64,000 nucleotides of DNA, taken from contig NC_043000.1 of the NCBI RefSeq assembly GCF_006345805.1, positions 23,250,001 through 23,314,000 of the forward strand, read 5' to 3'. The notes below the pieces were generated by a model. The model made no database searches and was not told where the DNA came from. It saw only the letters and a list, made by a program, of their open reading frames with translations. The position numbers and the translations under genes are program-made. Origin of the DNA: Octopus sinensis. Lineage: Eukaryota. Positions 49,441 to 61,600 of this stretch are shown in pieces (positions within the stretch are counted from its first letter, which is position 1; each line of letters opens with the position of its first letter).

Positions 49441-50149
49441 CAAATGTCAAAATATGTTTACACCTTTCCAATTTGAAGCAGGGTCATATACTTGAAAGGA
49501 GTTGATATCTATCCATTTTCCTCAAATTTCTTTTCTAATTCTCTTAGAGTCCACTGCGAGAATGAAATCAACACATACATATATATATGCATGCATACAT
49601 ACATAGATCATCATCCTCATTGTTTAACATCCACTTTCCATGCTGGCATGGGTTGGACAGTTTTGACAGAGGGCTGGTAAGCCAGGAGGCTCCAATCTGA
49701 TCTGGCAAGGTTTCTACAGCTGGGTGCCCTTCCTAACACCAACCCCTCCGAGAGTGTTGTGGGTAGATTAGAAACCAGCTCTTTCTCTATTGGCAAGAAA
49801 TCTTGAAATAAAACTGAATAATGACATACATATGGCCATCCATTTGTGGTTGAGGAAAACCATTACTAACCTTTAAGAGCATTGTGTGCTCAAGACAACC
49901 TTATACTTTACACTTGCAACTCCATAGGTGACTAATGATCCTTGTTCTTGACAAACAAACACAATTGCAATATTGCAGACCAAGCTTCCCTATTCATTTC
50001 ACTAGCAGTGTGTTACCGAGCAGCACGCTTAAATTCTTCATGAAGAATATGTGCTCTTTCAAAGGTATCGACTCACTCCTTCATCTGTTTCCTCCATCCA
50101 TGGTGATGACAAGCATTGCTTTCCCAGCCAACCTCTTGCATTTCACAGG

Positions 50150-51415
50150 CCTTTAATGAGGACTTTATACTGTGCTTAAATCACAGTCTTGGCTTCTGCT
50201 AGGGTCCCTTTCTACTAACAATTTCCCCATATAGCATGTTTAAGGATCCTGCTGTCATTCATTCTAACATGTAACCACTGTTTGTGCATCATCGCCTCAA
50301 TACTCAAGATATCAGCTGTTCTCAGGATCTGTGTATCTGGAGTTTTTAAGGTCCAGCCAATATTCAGAATGTGTCTCAGACATCTCTGATGGAAGCATTC
50401 AAGGACCTTTATATGACATTTGTAAAGGGTCCATGTCTCACATGAGTAAAGGAGTGATGTCAGTACACATGCAAGATACACAGGAATTTTTGTTTGCCTT
50501 GTGATGCCATGTTGGGACCAGACACGAAACTCAAGAGACCTGAAGGAATCAGTTGCTCTCTGCAGCCTGAAAGATATTTCATCATTCAGAGAGCAAGAAT
50601 GGTTGAGTGTGCTTCTCAGGTAGATGAACTTGTCTACCACTTTCAGCATTGTTCCTTCAACCAAGATAGTTCGTTCCCCATATAGGTTTCCTGGTGCAGG
50701 CTGGAACATTACAGCAGTCTTGTCCAGGCTAATACTGAGTCCAAATGCCTTGCAAGAAACAGAAATATGATTCATAAGTATTTGCATATCAGCCACTGTA
50801 TGAGTGACTAAGTCTCAGTCATCTGCATAAAGGAAGTCACGAATAAGAGACTGGAAAACTTTTGAATTGGCAGCAAATCAACACAGGTTAAAAAGACAGC
50901 CAGAAGATCAATACCTAACATGTATCCCAGGAGAGCTGTCCACAACAAAAGCATGAGTAAGAGTAGCAGTAAAGTACAGAGAAAAGAGAGTTGGGGCAAG
51001 GATGTCTGCCTACTTGACACCATTCTCTACAGGAATGGGTCCCGCCATGCCACCATCAACATTGACCCAAGCCTCTATCTCATCATAAAATGATTTGATT
51101 ATTGATACAAAGTGATCTGGACATCCAAGTTTGCCAAGTATTTTCAATAGGGAGGCCCTATTCACAGTATCAAAGGCCTTGGTTAAATCAATGAATACCT
51201 GAACAAGATCTATATTCTACTCATAACACTTATCCTGCATCTGTGTTGCTGTGAAAATCATATCTATCGTTTCTCTTCCAGATTGGAAATCACATTGAGA
51301 TTCAGATAGAATATCATTTACAAGATGACCTATTCAGGCAGGTAAAAAGAATACTTGCCAGAACCTTGCCAACAGCTGATAGTAGAGTAATACCTCTGTA
51401 GGTGCCACACTCTAC
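50150..51415 (-). mobile_element. RTE-clade (BovB-like) LINE reverse transcriptase relic
   Basis: YRGITLLSAVGKVLA, SQCDFQSGRETIDMIF, FIDLTKAFDTVNR, ILAPTLFSLYF, FLYADD (50818-50829), FGLSISLDKT, LLYSCETWTLY, FHQRCLRHILNI. Several stops. Confidence 0.93.
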
Positions 51416-51748
51416 TCATACATATGAAGTCTGATCAATACGTATCTGGACTGTTGCCATAGTATCAAAGCTAAAGCATGCAGAGTGAAGCTACCTGGCA
51501 AAGATTGACCTTGATCTCTGTTGTGAATGTGCAATAAGGCAATCCTGCCAGGCAGTGGTATTTGAAACATATCTAAGTATTTATGTTGGGGCGAGGTCAT
51601 TTAACCCTATTATCTCCCCTAATTTCGCTCTTGCGTCTCACGTTTGATCTTTGACTTCTGGCCGAAATCAGATCGCCATGTTGATTCGCTAGCCTCTGCA
51701 CACATTTTTTTTCTCTCCTTGTTTCTTTCTGTGTTTCTTTTCTGTGTA

Positions 51749-51786
51749 TCTTTCTGTTGAAGAGCGTAGGCTCGAAACGTAAAAGA
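51749..51786 (+). ncRNA. Minimal (PLE-type) hammerhead ribozyme motif, copy 1
   Basis: UCUUU-CUGUUGA-A-GAGC(GUAG)GCUC-GAA-ACGU-A-AAAGA: 5-bp stem I, 4-bp stem II, palindromic ACGU helix III. Predicted cleavage 3' of A51781. Core has U at canonical A6. Confidence 0.7.
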
Positions 51787-51988
51787 CTTGTTTTATTTAT
51801 ATTCCTGAGCGCCATACTAATATAATTGTTTGTTTGTATTCCACCTGCCTTCATCTTTTGTCTATTTTCATAAAGCTTCCCGTTATATATATATATATAG
51901 GGAGAGTTTACGAAAAAAACAAAAGACAAAGACAGGTGATGTACAAAACAAACAAATGTATTAGTATAATGCTCAGGAATAGATAAAG

Positions 51989-52026
51989 CCTTTTACATTT
52001 CGAGCCTATGCTCTTCTACAGAAAGG
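51989..52026 (-). ncRNA. Minimal (PLE-type) hammerhead ribozyme motif, copy 2 (inverted)
   Basis: CCUUU-CUGUAGA-A-GAGC(AUAG)GCUC-GAA-AUGU-A-AAAGG. Stem I shows a compensatory U-A to C-G change relative to copy 1. Confidence 0.65.
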
Positions 52027-52070
52027 GACACAGAAAAAACAAGGAGAGAAAAAAATGTGTGTAGTGTCTA

Positions 52071-52472
52071 GGCACAGGAGTAGCTGTGTGGTAAGTAGCT
52101 TGCTTACCAACCACATGATTCCGGGTTCATTCCCACTACGTGTCACCTTGAGCAAGTGTTTTCTACTGTAGCCTCGGGCCGACCAAAGCCTTGTGAGTGG
52201 ATTTGGTAGACAGAAACTGAAAGAAGCCCCTCATATATATGCATATATATATGTATGTGTGTGTATATGTTTGTGTGTCTTTGTTTGTCCCCCAACATCG
52301 CTTGACAACCGATGGTGGTGTGTTTACGTCCCTGTAACTTAGCAGTTTGGCAAAAGAGACTGATAGAATAATTACTAGGCTTCCAAAGAATAAGTCTTGG
52401 CGTCGATTTGTTCAAATAAAGGTGGTGCTCCAGCATGGCCACAGTGAAATGACTGAAACAAGTAAAAGAGTA
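52071..52472 (+). mobile_element. CORE-type SINE copy
   Basis: Family motifs. Confidence 0.85.
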
Positions 52473-53559
52473 AGTTTTCACATTCTAGCTCACTTCTGCT
52501 GTTTACAGCTGTGCTTGGAAGGAAGGTGTGTAGTATGTGATCGTTGCATTGACCATGACAAAGAAAGTTGACATGACGACAGCTGTTCAGAGGCCTGTGT
52601 AAAGTTTCAGAAAGGGTATGGAGAGGAGCGTATGAGCCGCACACAAGTGTATGAGTGGTTCAGACGTTTCCAAGTTGGCCGAAAAAATGTCGACATTGAT
52701 GAACGTTCTAGGAGTCCAGCAGCCAGCAGAACTGAGAAAAACATCGCAGACATGCGTGCAGCTGTGAGGGGAAATCATCAAATCATCATCCGTGTGTTAT
52801 CAGAGGATGTGCAGCTTAGTTACGGTTCAGTTTAGTCCATTACCACTGAAGATTTGGGTATGAGACACATGTCTGCTAAGTTTGTGTCAAAACTGCTTTC
52901 AGCTGAGTGAAAAGACACTCAGATATCAGTTGCACAAAATCTCCTTGATTGGGACAAGAACAATGAAAACTTTTTGAAAACTCTGAGTAGGTATCGCCAA
53001 GCTTTTGACAAAATTTGATGCAGATTCTCTGCTCAATTTTTCTCTGTCATTGTCAATGTGACAATCACACGCTACACACGTTCCTTCGTGTGCTAGAACA
53101 TTAAAACTTAGTGCACATGCACAGCAGAGTTCAAGGTCAGTCTGTGCCTTTACTCTGTATGCATTAACATCGTTACTATGGCAACAGTCAGGATACTTAT
53201 TGATCAGACCACATCCATACATAGATCTATATTACAAACCAGCTCTTTCTCTTATTGGCAAGAAATCTTGAAGTAAACTGAATGGCATCCATACACACAT
53301 ACATACATTCATTTTTTTTTTCATTCATTCATCCATTTAACCTTAATTTGCATGTCGGATAGACAGTATTTAGAACTCCGTGTGTATTTCTGCTCATGTA
53401 TTGAAAGTGTATCTTTTGTTATGAAATCTGTGTCTGAATGTTGCACAGAGTATTTGTAGAGAATGAAAAAGCAACATGGGAAATTGTCTATAAGTTATTT
53501 AGTTACTAAATATCTTATAAACAGACTTTTGTTTCACACACACATATACACATGTATGA

Positions 53560-53877
<318 letters not shown>

Positions 53878-53880
<3 letters not shown>

Positions 53881-54079
53881 TCATCATCGTTTAACGTCCG
53901 TTCTCCATACTAGCATGGGTTGGACGGTTCGACCGGGGTTCTGGGAAGCCAGAAGGCTGCACCAGGCTCCAGTCTAATCTGGCAATGTTTCTACAGCTGG
54001 ATGCCCTTCCTAACGCCAACCACTCCGTGAGTGTAGTGGGTGCTTTTTACGTGCCACCTGCACAGGTGCCAGGCGAGGC

Positions 54080-54080
<1 letters not shown>
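53878..54080 (-). mobile_element. RTE 3'UTR copy between (TA)n tracts
   Basis: Family motifs. Further copies at about 11330-11559, 48460-48770, 49612-49765, 55283-55655 and 57420-57750. Confidence 0.85.
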
Positions 54081-54128
<48 letters not shown>

Positions 54129-54154
54129 GTGTGTGTATGTGTGTGTACATAAAA

Positions 54155-55850
54155 TTGGGTCAGCCAAAAATGTTTGGCTTTTTTTTTTAAGTGAAAATAA
54201 AATACAAGTTTTAAACACAAAGTAATTTATCCAATCAATGATATAGTTACCATTTTGTTCTCATTTCTTCTGCTGCCTTGCAAGCAAATCCATTTTGCTC
54301 AAAGAATTTCTTGCCTTTACTGGCAAAAATGTGTTCCAGATGAATTTTTACACCCTTTTAGTGAATTTTGAAAACACTGAAGCAAGTAGAAATCTGAAGG
54401 CACAAAGTTAGGTAAATATCCTTTCTACTCTAGGCACAAGGCCTGAAATTTGGTGGGAGGGAGGCGATGGATTAGATCGACTCCAGTACGCAACTGGTAC
54501 TTAATTTATCGACCCTAAAAGGATGAAAGGAAATGTCAACCTCGATGGAATTTGAACTCAGAATATAAGACGGATGAAATACCGCTAAGCATTTCGCCCG
54601 GCATGCTAACGATTCTGCCAGCTCACTGCCTTACAAAGTTAGGTAAATATGGAGTGTGTGACAAAACTTTCCTGTCAAGCCCCAGTTACTTGTGCTGCAT
54701 CTGCATAAAAGTGTGCAGTCTGGTATTGTCCTGAGGAAAGAGGATGCCCTTATTGACTAGCAAGTGATGGACACATCTTGTGGGTCACTGCATTTAATTT
54801 GTCCTGTCTGTTACTCTACACATCTGAAATGATGGTCCTGTCCATGAGAAGAGTGTCAAAAAAGACAATACCCTTCCAGCACCACCAAACTGAAAGCATA
54901 ACCTTCTTCAGGTAAAGTCCTGCTATAGAGGTTGTTTGAGGTAATTTGCCACACTTCCCTCATGATCTTTTGCACTTCACATTGTTATAGATGATCCATT
55001 TTCCATTCTCTGCTACCATTCTCATAAAAAAGAAAAACAAATTACCATTTTCTTCATGCTTCTGCAATGAATTGCAGATAGAAGTCTGTAGATTGAGGTT
55101 AACCTCATTTATTTGACGTTGGACCCAAATATCAAACCTGCTGATACAACCAAGTTGGTGCAGATGGTTTGCAACACCAAATTTGGACCATCAAGAGTTG
55201 AAAACATGGTCATGTAACAAAGGTTGATGTCAAGCAAATCCTTCATTTTGTCTCAGTTGACTAGCCAGAACAAACTGCATCCTCATCATCATCGTTTAAC
55301 ATCCACTTTCCATGCCAGCATGGGTTGGACGATTTGACTGAGGACTGGCGAACCAGACGGCTGCACCAGGCTCCAATCTGATCTGGAAGAGTTTCTACAG
55401 CTGAATGCCCTTCCTAATGCCAACCACTCCGAGAGTGTAGTGGGAGCTTTTACGTGCCACCAGCACGAAGGCCAGTCACGCAGTACTGGCAATGGCCACA
55501 CTCAAATGGTGTTTTTTACGTGCTACCTGCACAGGAGCCAGTCCAGTGACACTGGCAATGACCTCGCTTGAATGTTTTTTCACGTGCCACCAGCATAAGT
55601 GCCAGTAAAGCGGCGCTATAACGTTCATGCTGGAATGGTGCTTTTTACGTGCCACTGTTCCCCACCATAATATTGAAACCACTTTTGGCACACATCTTCC
55701 AAAACATCCCCTCCATGCACAGAACATATCTTCCTGTGGGTTTCTGTCACTTTCTTACCTTTTTGTCAACTAAAAAAGTATGAAATGCCAACAATGTTCA
55801 TTTTGGTTCTCTTATTTTCAGGGTGACCCCAAGGACATAAAATACAACCT
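54155..55850 (-). mobile_element. Mariner relic with nested SINE (54420-54632) and RTE 3' end (55283-55655)
   Basis: TIR-like TTGGGTCAGCCAAAAA at 54155. Minus-strand motifs KGKKVTETHRKICSVHG, KKVMLSVWWCWKGIV, QDNTRLHT, YLPNFVPSDFYLL. Confidence 0.8.
54420..54632 (-). mobile_element. Second-family SINE with 18-bp TSD inside a mariner
   Basis: ACAAAGTTAGGTAAATAT at 54402-54419 and 54633-54650. Confidence 0.9.
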
Positions 55851-56129
55851 GTTCATCTCAAGATAATGCTGAACTGTGTTGAAATGTCAAGTATCTATCA
55901 TGACCTCATCAATGACATGTCCTTTCTGCTCAAGGTCATGTCATTTGATGAGGTCATAAATGGTGATGCCAAAACTTTGACAAACTTGATTAACCGGATG
56001 GTCAACCAAACAAACCTGATTGGTTAACCAGATGGTTTATCAAACAATCAAATACTTAAATGGTTAAATTGTAAACCAATTAATGAATAATACAGAAGTG
56101 AAACAGAACTACTGCATGTGTTTATTATT

Positions 56130-56870
56130 TAGCCACACCCTAGCGGTTGAGGGAACCTGTGGAAGAGGTAGACCCAGGAAGACCTGGGATGAAGTGGTGA
56201 AGCATGGCCTTCGAAAATTAGGCCTCACCTAGGCAATGACTAGTGACCAAGACTTTTGGAAATATGCTGTGCATGAGAAGACCTGGCAAGCCAAATGAGA
56301 CAGTAACCTCATGGCTTATGCCAGGAGTGTAACCAGCCCACATATGCATACCTTTTCCTTCTTTGGACACTAAACTCTGCTTGCGAAGACCTGTTGAAGC
56401 AAGTGAAATCGCAATTGAAATCAAATTCGATGACTGGCATCCATGCTAGTGGAGCACTAAGAGCACCATCCGAGTGTGATCGTTGCCAGAGCGGCTAACT
56501 GGCTTCCATGCCGGTGGCACATAAAAAGTACCATTCAAGCATGATCGTTACTAGTGTCACCTTACTGGCACTTGCACCAGTGGCATGTGAAAAAACATTC
56601 AAGCGAGGTTATTGCCATGTGCAGATGGCATGTAAAAAACACTATTTCAGCGTGGCCATTGCCAGTACTGCCTGACTGACCTTCGTGCTGGTGGCACGTA
56701 AAAGCACCCACTACACTCTCAGAGTGGTTGGCATTAGGAAGGGCATCCAGCTGTAGAAATGTTGCCAGATCAAGATTGGAGCCTGGTGCAGCCATCTGGT
56801 TTGCCAGTCCTCAGTCAAATCATCCAACCCATGCTAGCATGGAAAGTGGGCGTTAAACGATGATGATGAT
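56130..56870 (+). mobile_element. RTE LINE 3' end: ORF terminus + modular 3'UTR + (GAT)n tail (reference copy of the most abundant repeat here)
   Basis: VEGTCGRGRPRKTWDEVVKHGLRKLGLT*AMTSDQDFWKYAVHEKTWQAK*, then GTGGCACGTAAAAAGCACC modules, GGAAGGGCATCCAGCTGTAGAAA, CCAACCCATGCTAGCATGGAAAG and (GAT)n. Confidence 0.9.
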
Positions 56871-57239
56871 CCTCCCCAAAATACAAATTAGCTAATGTGC
56901 TCTTACAACTAATTATGCTTTGCATGACATCTACCTTCCCTATCAGCCTTTAGGGAATCTCACTAGGTTTACCTTGAGGTCTCTTTTCTTCCAAATTTGG
57001 AATTTCTTTTCTGAATATTTGATGAATTCAAATGAAATGAAGTCAAATGGCATACAGGTGTCACAGATTTTCTTTTGCTTAAATGCATTTTACATGTGTT
57101 TGTTCTCCTGAGTGTTTAAATACTTGAATATAGAAACATGTAGAACCTTCCAAGTAATGACTACCAAATCGAAATAAAAACAAAGGTATAAACATGGGGC
57201 CAAAATGTTTATGAAATTCAGAGATGCTGTGCTTTTGAC

Positions 57240-57830
57240 CAGTGGTTCTCAACCAGAGTCCATACAAGGTTTTGTTGTTAAAAAAATTTGTGCAATAAAT
57301 TGGCTCTGCCTTTACAATACACAAAATGTTTTAACAACTTTATTAATACAATTCTTAATAATATCTAATTATAAAAATATAATGATAATATAATAATAAA
57401 AAAAAATAAAATGGAAATTGTAGTTGTGATACCTGTGCTGGTGGCACATAAAAAGCACCATCTGAACGTGGCCGATGCCAGCGCTGCCTTGACTGGCTTC
57501 CATGCCAGTGGCACGTAAAAAGCACCATCCGATCGTGGCCGTTTGCCAGCCTCGTCTGGCACCTGTGCCAGTGGCACGTAAAAAGCACCCACTACTTTCA
57601 CGGAGTGGTTGGCATTAGGAAGGGCATCCAGCTGTAGAAACACTGCCAGATCAGACTGGAGCTGGTGCAGCCTTCTGGCTTCCCAGACCTTGGTTGAACC
57701 ATCCAACCCATGCTAGCATGGAAAACAGAAGTTAAACGATGGTGATGATCAAATGGTTATAGGGGGAGGTTCCACCAGAGTAGAATAGGAATTAAAAGGG
57801 TCTACAGGTAAAAATGGTTCAGAACCGCTG
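57240..57830. mobile_element. hAT (Charlie-like) MITE with nested RTE 3' end
   Basis: TIRs CAGTGGTTCTCAACC / GGTTCAGAACCGCTG. Imperfect 8-bp TSD CTTTTGAC / CTCCTGAC. Confidence 0.7.
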
Positions 57831-58599
57831 CTCCTGACAGAAACTGTAAGCTCTTCCTCTGGTGGTGACTGAAGCCATTGCAAAGTTGGAAATGCTTCGA
57901 TATTTTTAATAGGCATCTCAGGTCACAAACATTTCACTCATTAGCTTGTATACTTTGCTTCAGTGGAGCAGCAAGGATCCAGAATTAATCTTCACCAGTG
58001 GAAGGGTTCCAGCTGCAGTCTCTCGTCAACTACAGCCACTTTGAGCTTGTTTCAGCCGCCATGCCTATCTGAGTTCCAAAAAAATCTTCTGCAGGAAATA
58101 GGGCAAAGCTCTCATTGGAAAGCCAACTTCAATAGGTTAAATACAAACTTGGAACTCTCCAGAATCAAGTTTCTACACATGTACACACACTCACTGAAAA
58201 TTGAAATCTGGATTAAATCTGAACTCTCTTGATGCACTTTAATATGAGAAAATTGAAAAGGGCAGTTATTTTTAAAGTTGAAATTTGCGCAAAGATAATC
58301 GTATAACTATATATATATATTATACATGGTGCATGTGTGGTGTGTATATATTTGATTATTAAACCATATGCAAGGCAATAAAAATTATACACGTACGAGT
58401 GTGTGAGGATGGAAGGGTACGTTTTAAATTATGCAGACTAATTAAATTAAATACAATTGTATGCATGTATATTAAATTAAAAATAGATTATATACACTGT
58501 ACACTGGAACACATGTATTTCTGCTAACTGGTTGTATAAATACTTCGGATTATAAATACACGCAGAATCTAAATCTGTGTGCTATTTGTTCTGTCCTAG

Positions 58600-58685
58600 T
58601 TAAGGAGGCACTCTCTTGTCACTCTAACCAGCGAGAATATTGCGAAGCTGTGATAAGAGAGCTGGAAACCTACCTGGAAGCAATG
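58600..58685 (+). CDS. Candidate 86-bp exon (VKEALSCHSNQREYCEAVIRELETYLEAM), gene unknown
   Basis: Acceptor TATTTGTTCTGTCCTAG, weak donor ATG|GTGATA. Protein-like composition, in a TE-poor zone. Confidence 0.3.
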
Positions 58686-61600
58686 GTGATATTTTTTTCT
58701 AAAATGCGATATATAAAATAAACAGACAAATCAGACAAAATTCGTTCAGCAGCCAGACAAAAAGTTATAATAAAAGTTGGAGAAAGAGTGAGGAACGGAA
58801 GAAAATCGAGAGAAGAGGCTAATATCAGAATGCTAATCCCTTTGAAATAAGTGATAACAAACGATAGACTATGCTCTCATAATTAACTTCCAAGAAAGAT
58901 AGATATATAGGCTGCCAATTTTGGCGCTAGTTTTTCTAACTAATCAGAAACATTATTGCAAATTTCTTTCTGCTTGTTCGTAGTGTAGAGTTTGGGCACT
59001 ATAAAGCTCTTCACATCATGTAGTAGTATTAGTTATGGAGTCACTTTCTTTTCTTCTAGTGCGTATATGGAGTAACGTGTGCATGTAAAAAAAAAAAGAC
59101 GCTATTATTTTGATAAATACTAAACCATTCTTTTTACCCATTTATATTTATATTTTATTCACTTTTTTTTTCACAGCACATTAGACATCTATTTAATGTA
59201 TGTACAATAGTCTGAAATAAAATTGCTGATTGTGTGCAATGAACTTCCACGCTTGTGGATATTACTATGTAGTAAAACAGCGTGACAACTATTTACAAAA
59301 AAATACACAAACCACGTGGAAATATTCCCGCGACTTTGCGTACAAACTACACACACACTCACAGACATTATAATTGACAAGTTACAAACTGTCATACACG
59401 AAACTCTCCGCCCTCGACTCTTTTGTAACTTCTACCGATTATAAATAAAATATGTTTATTCCTGTTTTGAGTTTTATTTATTCTGTTTGCTCTACCGTTC
59501 ACGTGTGTGTATTCATTTATACTTGCATATTTACATTGCCGTAATGTTCATATTTATACTTGCATATATATATATATGTCTGTGCTGCATCTGAGCAAAT
59601 ATCTATATAAACACGGATTCTTTTCCATTTTATTCACTAGGAAAGATCTCTGCACGTAAATAATTTGTACATAAATGTAAAAAACAAAAATAAATACGCC
59701 CGTACATATTCACGTCTGAAAGCACACACGCACAAACAAACAAGCATGTTTATTCATTAACTGAGTAAACACAGATACATACACAGATAAAAAATAAAAA
59801 CAAGCAGTCACTCTGTATATGTTACAGAATGGTTTGTTGCATTTCAAATGTTACGTTAACGCTTCACGCAACTGTAAGTTACATATGTACATGTTTGTTA
59901 CATTTAGACGTAATGTACTTAAAGCAGCAGGGAAGACGGAAAAAATTAATGGGTCATGTTTGGCTGAGCTAGAGGGGGAGAACTAGCAGTTTCTCTGAAT
60001 TAGTTGTTTTTTTTTATTATTTAGTCAAAAGGGAAAACAAGCGTCGTCCCTGCTTTTAAGATCCTAAATTTAACTAGAAAAAAAGTGACGATACTAAATT
60101 GTTTTGCAAAAACTAAAACTCGAAATATCGCAAAAATATATTTAAAATATATAAAAAGAAGCTATATTTCAGTTCAAGATTCAGTTCAAGATTCATTTGA
60201 CAGAAGAAAATAATTAAAGAATCAATCAACTGGAAATTGGTCGGTCGGGCATGTTCTAAATAGTGTCAATATGCACAACTGTTGTGAATTTGATTACCTT
60301 TAGAGGCCCGTTTCATTATTAATATACAATTTTAAAAGTACGTATTCACTGACTCCAAAACTAATCCAAACTTTTCGGCGAATAACAGCAATGTTCTAGT
60401 GTCTCGTTTGGGTCAACAATAGTAATTTTCGCACATGGGCGTCCAACTTATAGAACAAATAATAATTTAGGACCATAAAAGCGCGGTCAAAAGATGAATT
60501 TGAATTTAGGTTACTCGAAGGCAGGGTCTCCAAGACTGAAGGAAGGTATCCTCAAGCTGGAAACTTAGCCCAAATACTTGCAACAGAGCGAACACCTCCA
60601 AAAGCACTGAAGGTACCAGGTGGTGATGTTAAACCGGGTGACGAGCTGAGTCTACGATGTATGTAGGCCATGGCGGTATTTGAACTCGGAACGCATAAAA
60701 AAAAAAGAGCCAATACCGCAAGGCATGCACTCTAACATTCTTATAGTCCCGCAATCCACTGGCTAGGATTGATGCTTTTTATTTATTAACTCCTAATGCA
60801 AGGCAGATTTGAACCTAAAGTGCAGTGAGTCGGTCCGACGTTTTAACGTAGGCAGGGCTTCCGAGAGTGAGGTCCAGCCGGTACTTTGTTCCTAGGCCCA
60901 AGAGCTAAGAAGGGCCCCACAGCAACCATGCAACATCCATCTCCCCTCGAAAACAAATACTTTCTACTAACCCCAGCACGACATGCACTTGCATTCGCAT
61001 AGACAAACATCACTATACTTATTACACCACACTTGCTTTTTTTTAATTAGTATTTATTATTAATTATTGTAGCCCTAGTTGTATAGACATATGATAAAAC
61101 CAAGAATATCTACCTACAGCCCGCGGCCGCAAAGGAGTTTTGTACCGTCTTGCAAAATTTCTTTTAGAGGCCCTGACGAGCCCTAAAATTGGGGGGGGGG
61201 GGTAATCAAAAGCAAAGTAGATCCTGGCGGAATTTGGACGTTTTATACTGAATAATTTTGTTTTCCTACAAAACAGCGAAGCAACATTGCTTTGATTTCG
61301 ATTACCACGTTATTTTTTTCTTTTCTTTTTTACTTCATGCGTAAACATTAACATTTTTAATACACTGTGTCTGTGTGTTACATACGCTGCTGTAGACAGT
61401 ATATGGAACTAGCAATAAGAGACACTATAATTTTGTGTAAAATGTGTATGTGTGTTTCAATCTGAGCTGCTGCGAGCACTGTAGTGTAACGAAGTAAGCT
61501 GTTAAGCCTCGAGCGTAAGCCGGTTTCGACACCTGGTTCAACTGATTTTCGATAAATCATGAAGCAATATTTATCATAAGGTGTTCTTGGAGAATAACGT

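Larger units (their letters stand above)
51545..52063. mobile_element. Non-coding PLE pLTR relic: two pLTR ends in inverted, tail-to-tail orientation around a (TA)n
   Basis: Arm 51698-51883 is the reverse complement, with substitutions and indels, of 51900-52063. (TA)n lies at the centre, and each arm carries a hammerhead. Confidence 0.7.
51425..53213 (+). mobile_element. Internally deleted mariner with long inverted ends, interrupted by the pLTR pair and a SINE
   Basis: About 40-bp TIRs TGAAGTCTGATCAATACGTATCTGGACTGTTGCCATAGTA and the reverse complement of 53174-53213. Transposase N-terminus KFQKGYGEERMSRTQVYEWFRRF..ERS. The right end 52990-53213 is an inverted 5' end encoding EQRICIKFCQKLGDT. 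Confidence 0.75.

Noticed and set aside
56430-56720. CRISPR-like repeat/spacer pattern (GTGGCACGTAAAAAGCACC with variable spacers)
   Set aside because: The spacers are homologous to each other, the array lies in a LINE 3'UTR after an RTE ORF end, the context is eukaryotic and there are no cas genes.
60855-61176. CAGGGC...GCCCTG-bounded MITE
   Set aside because: Only a 6-bp terminal match and no matching TSD; left unannotated.
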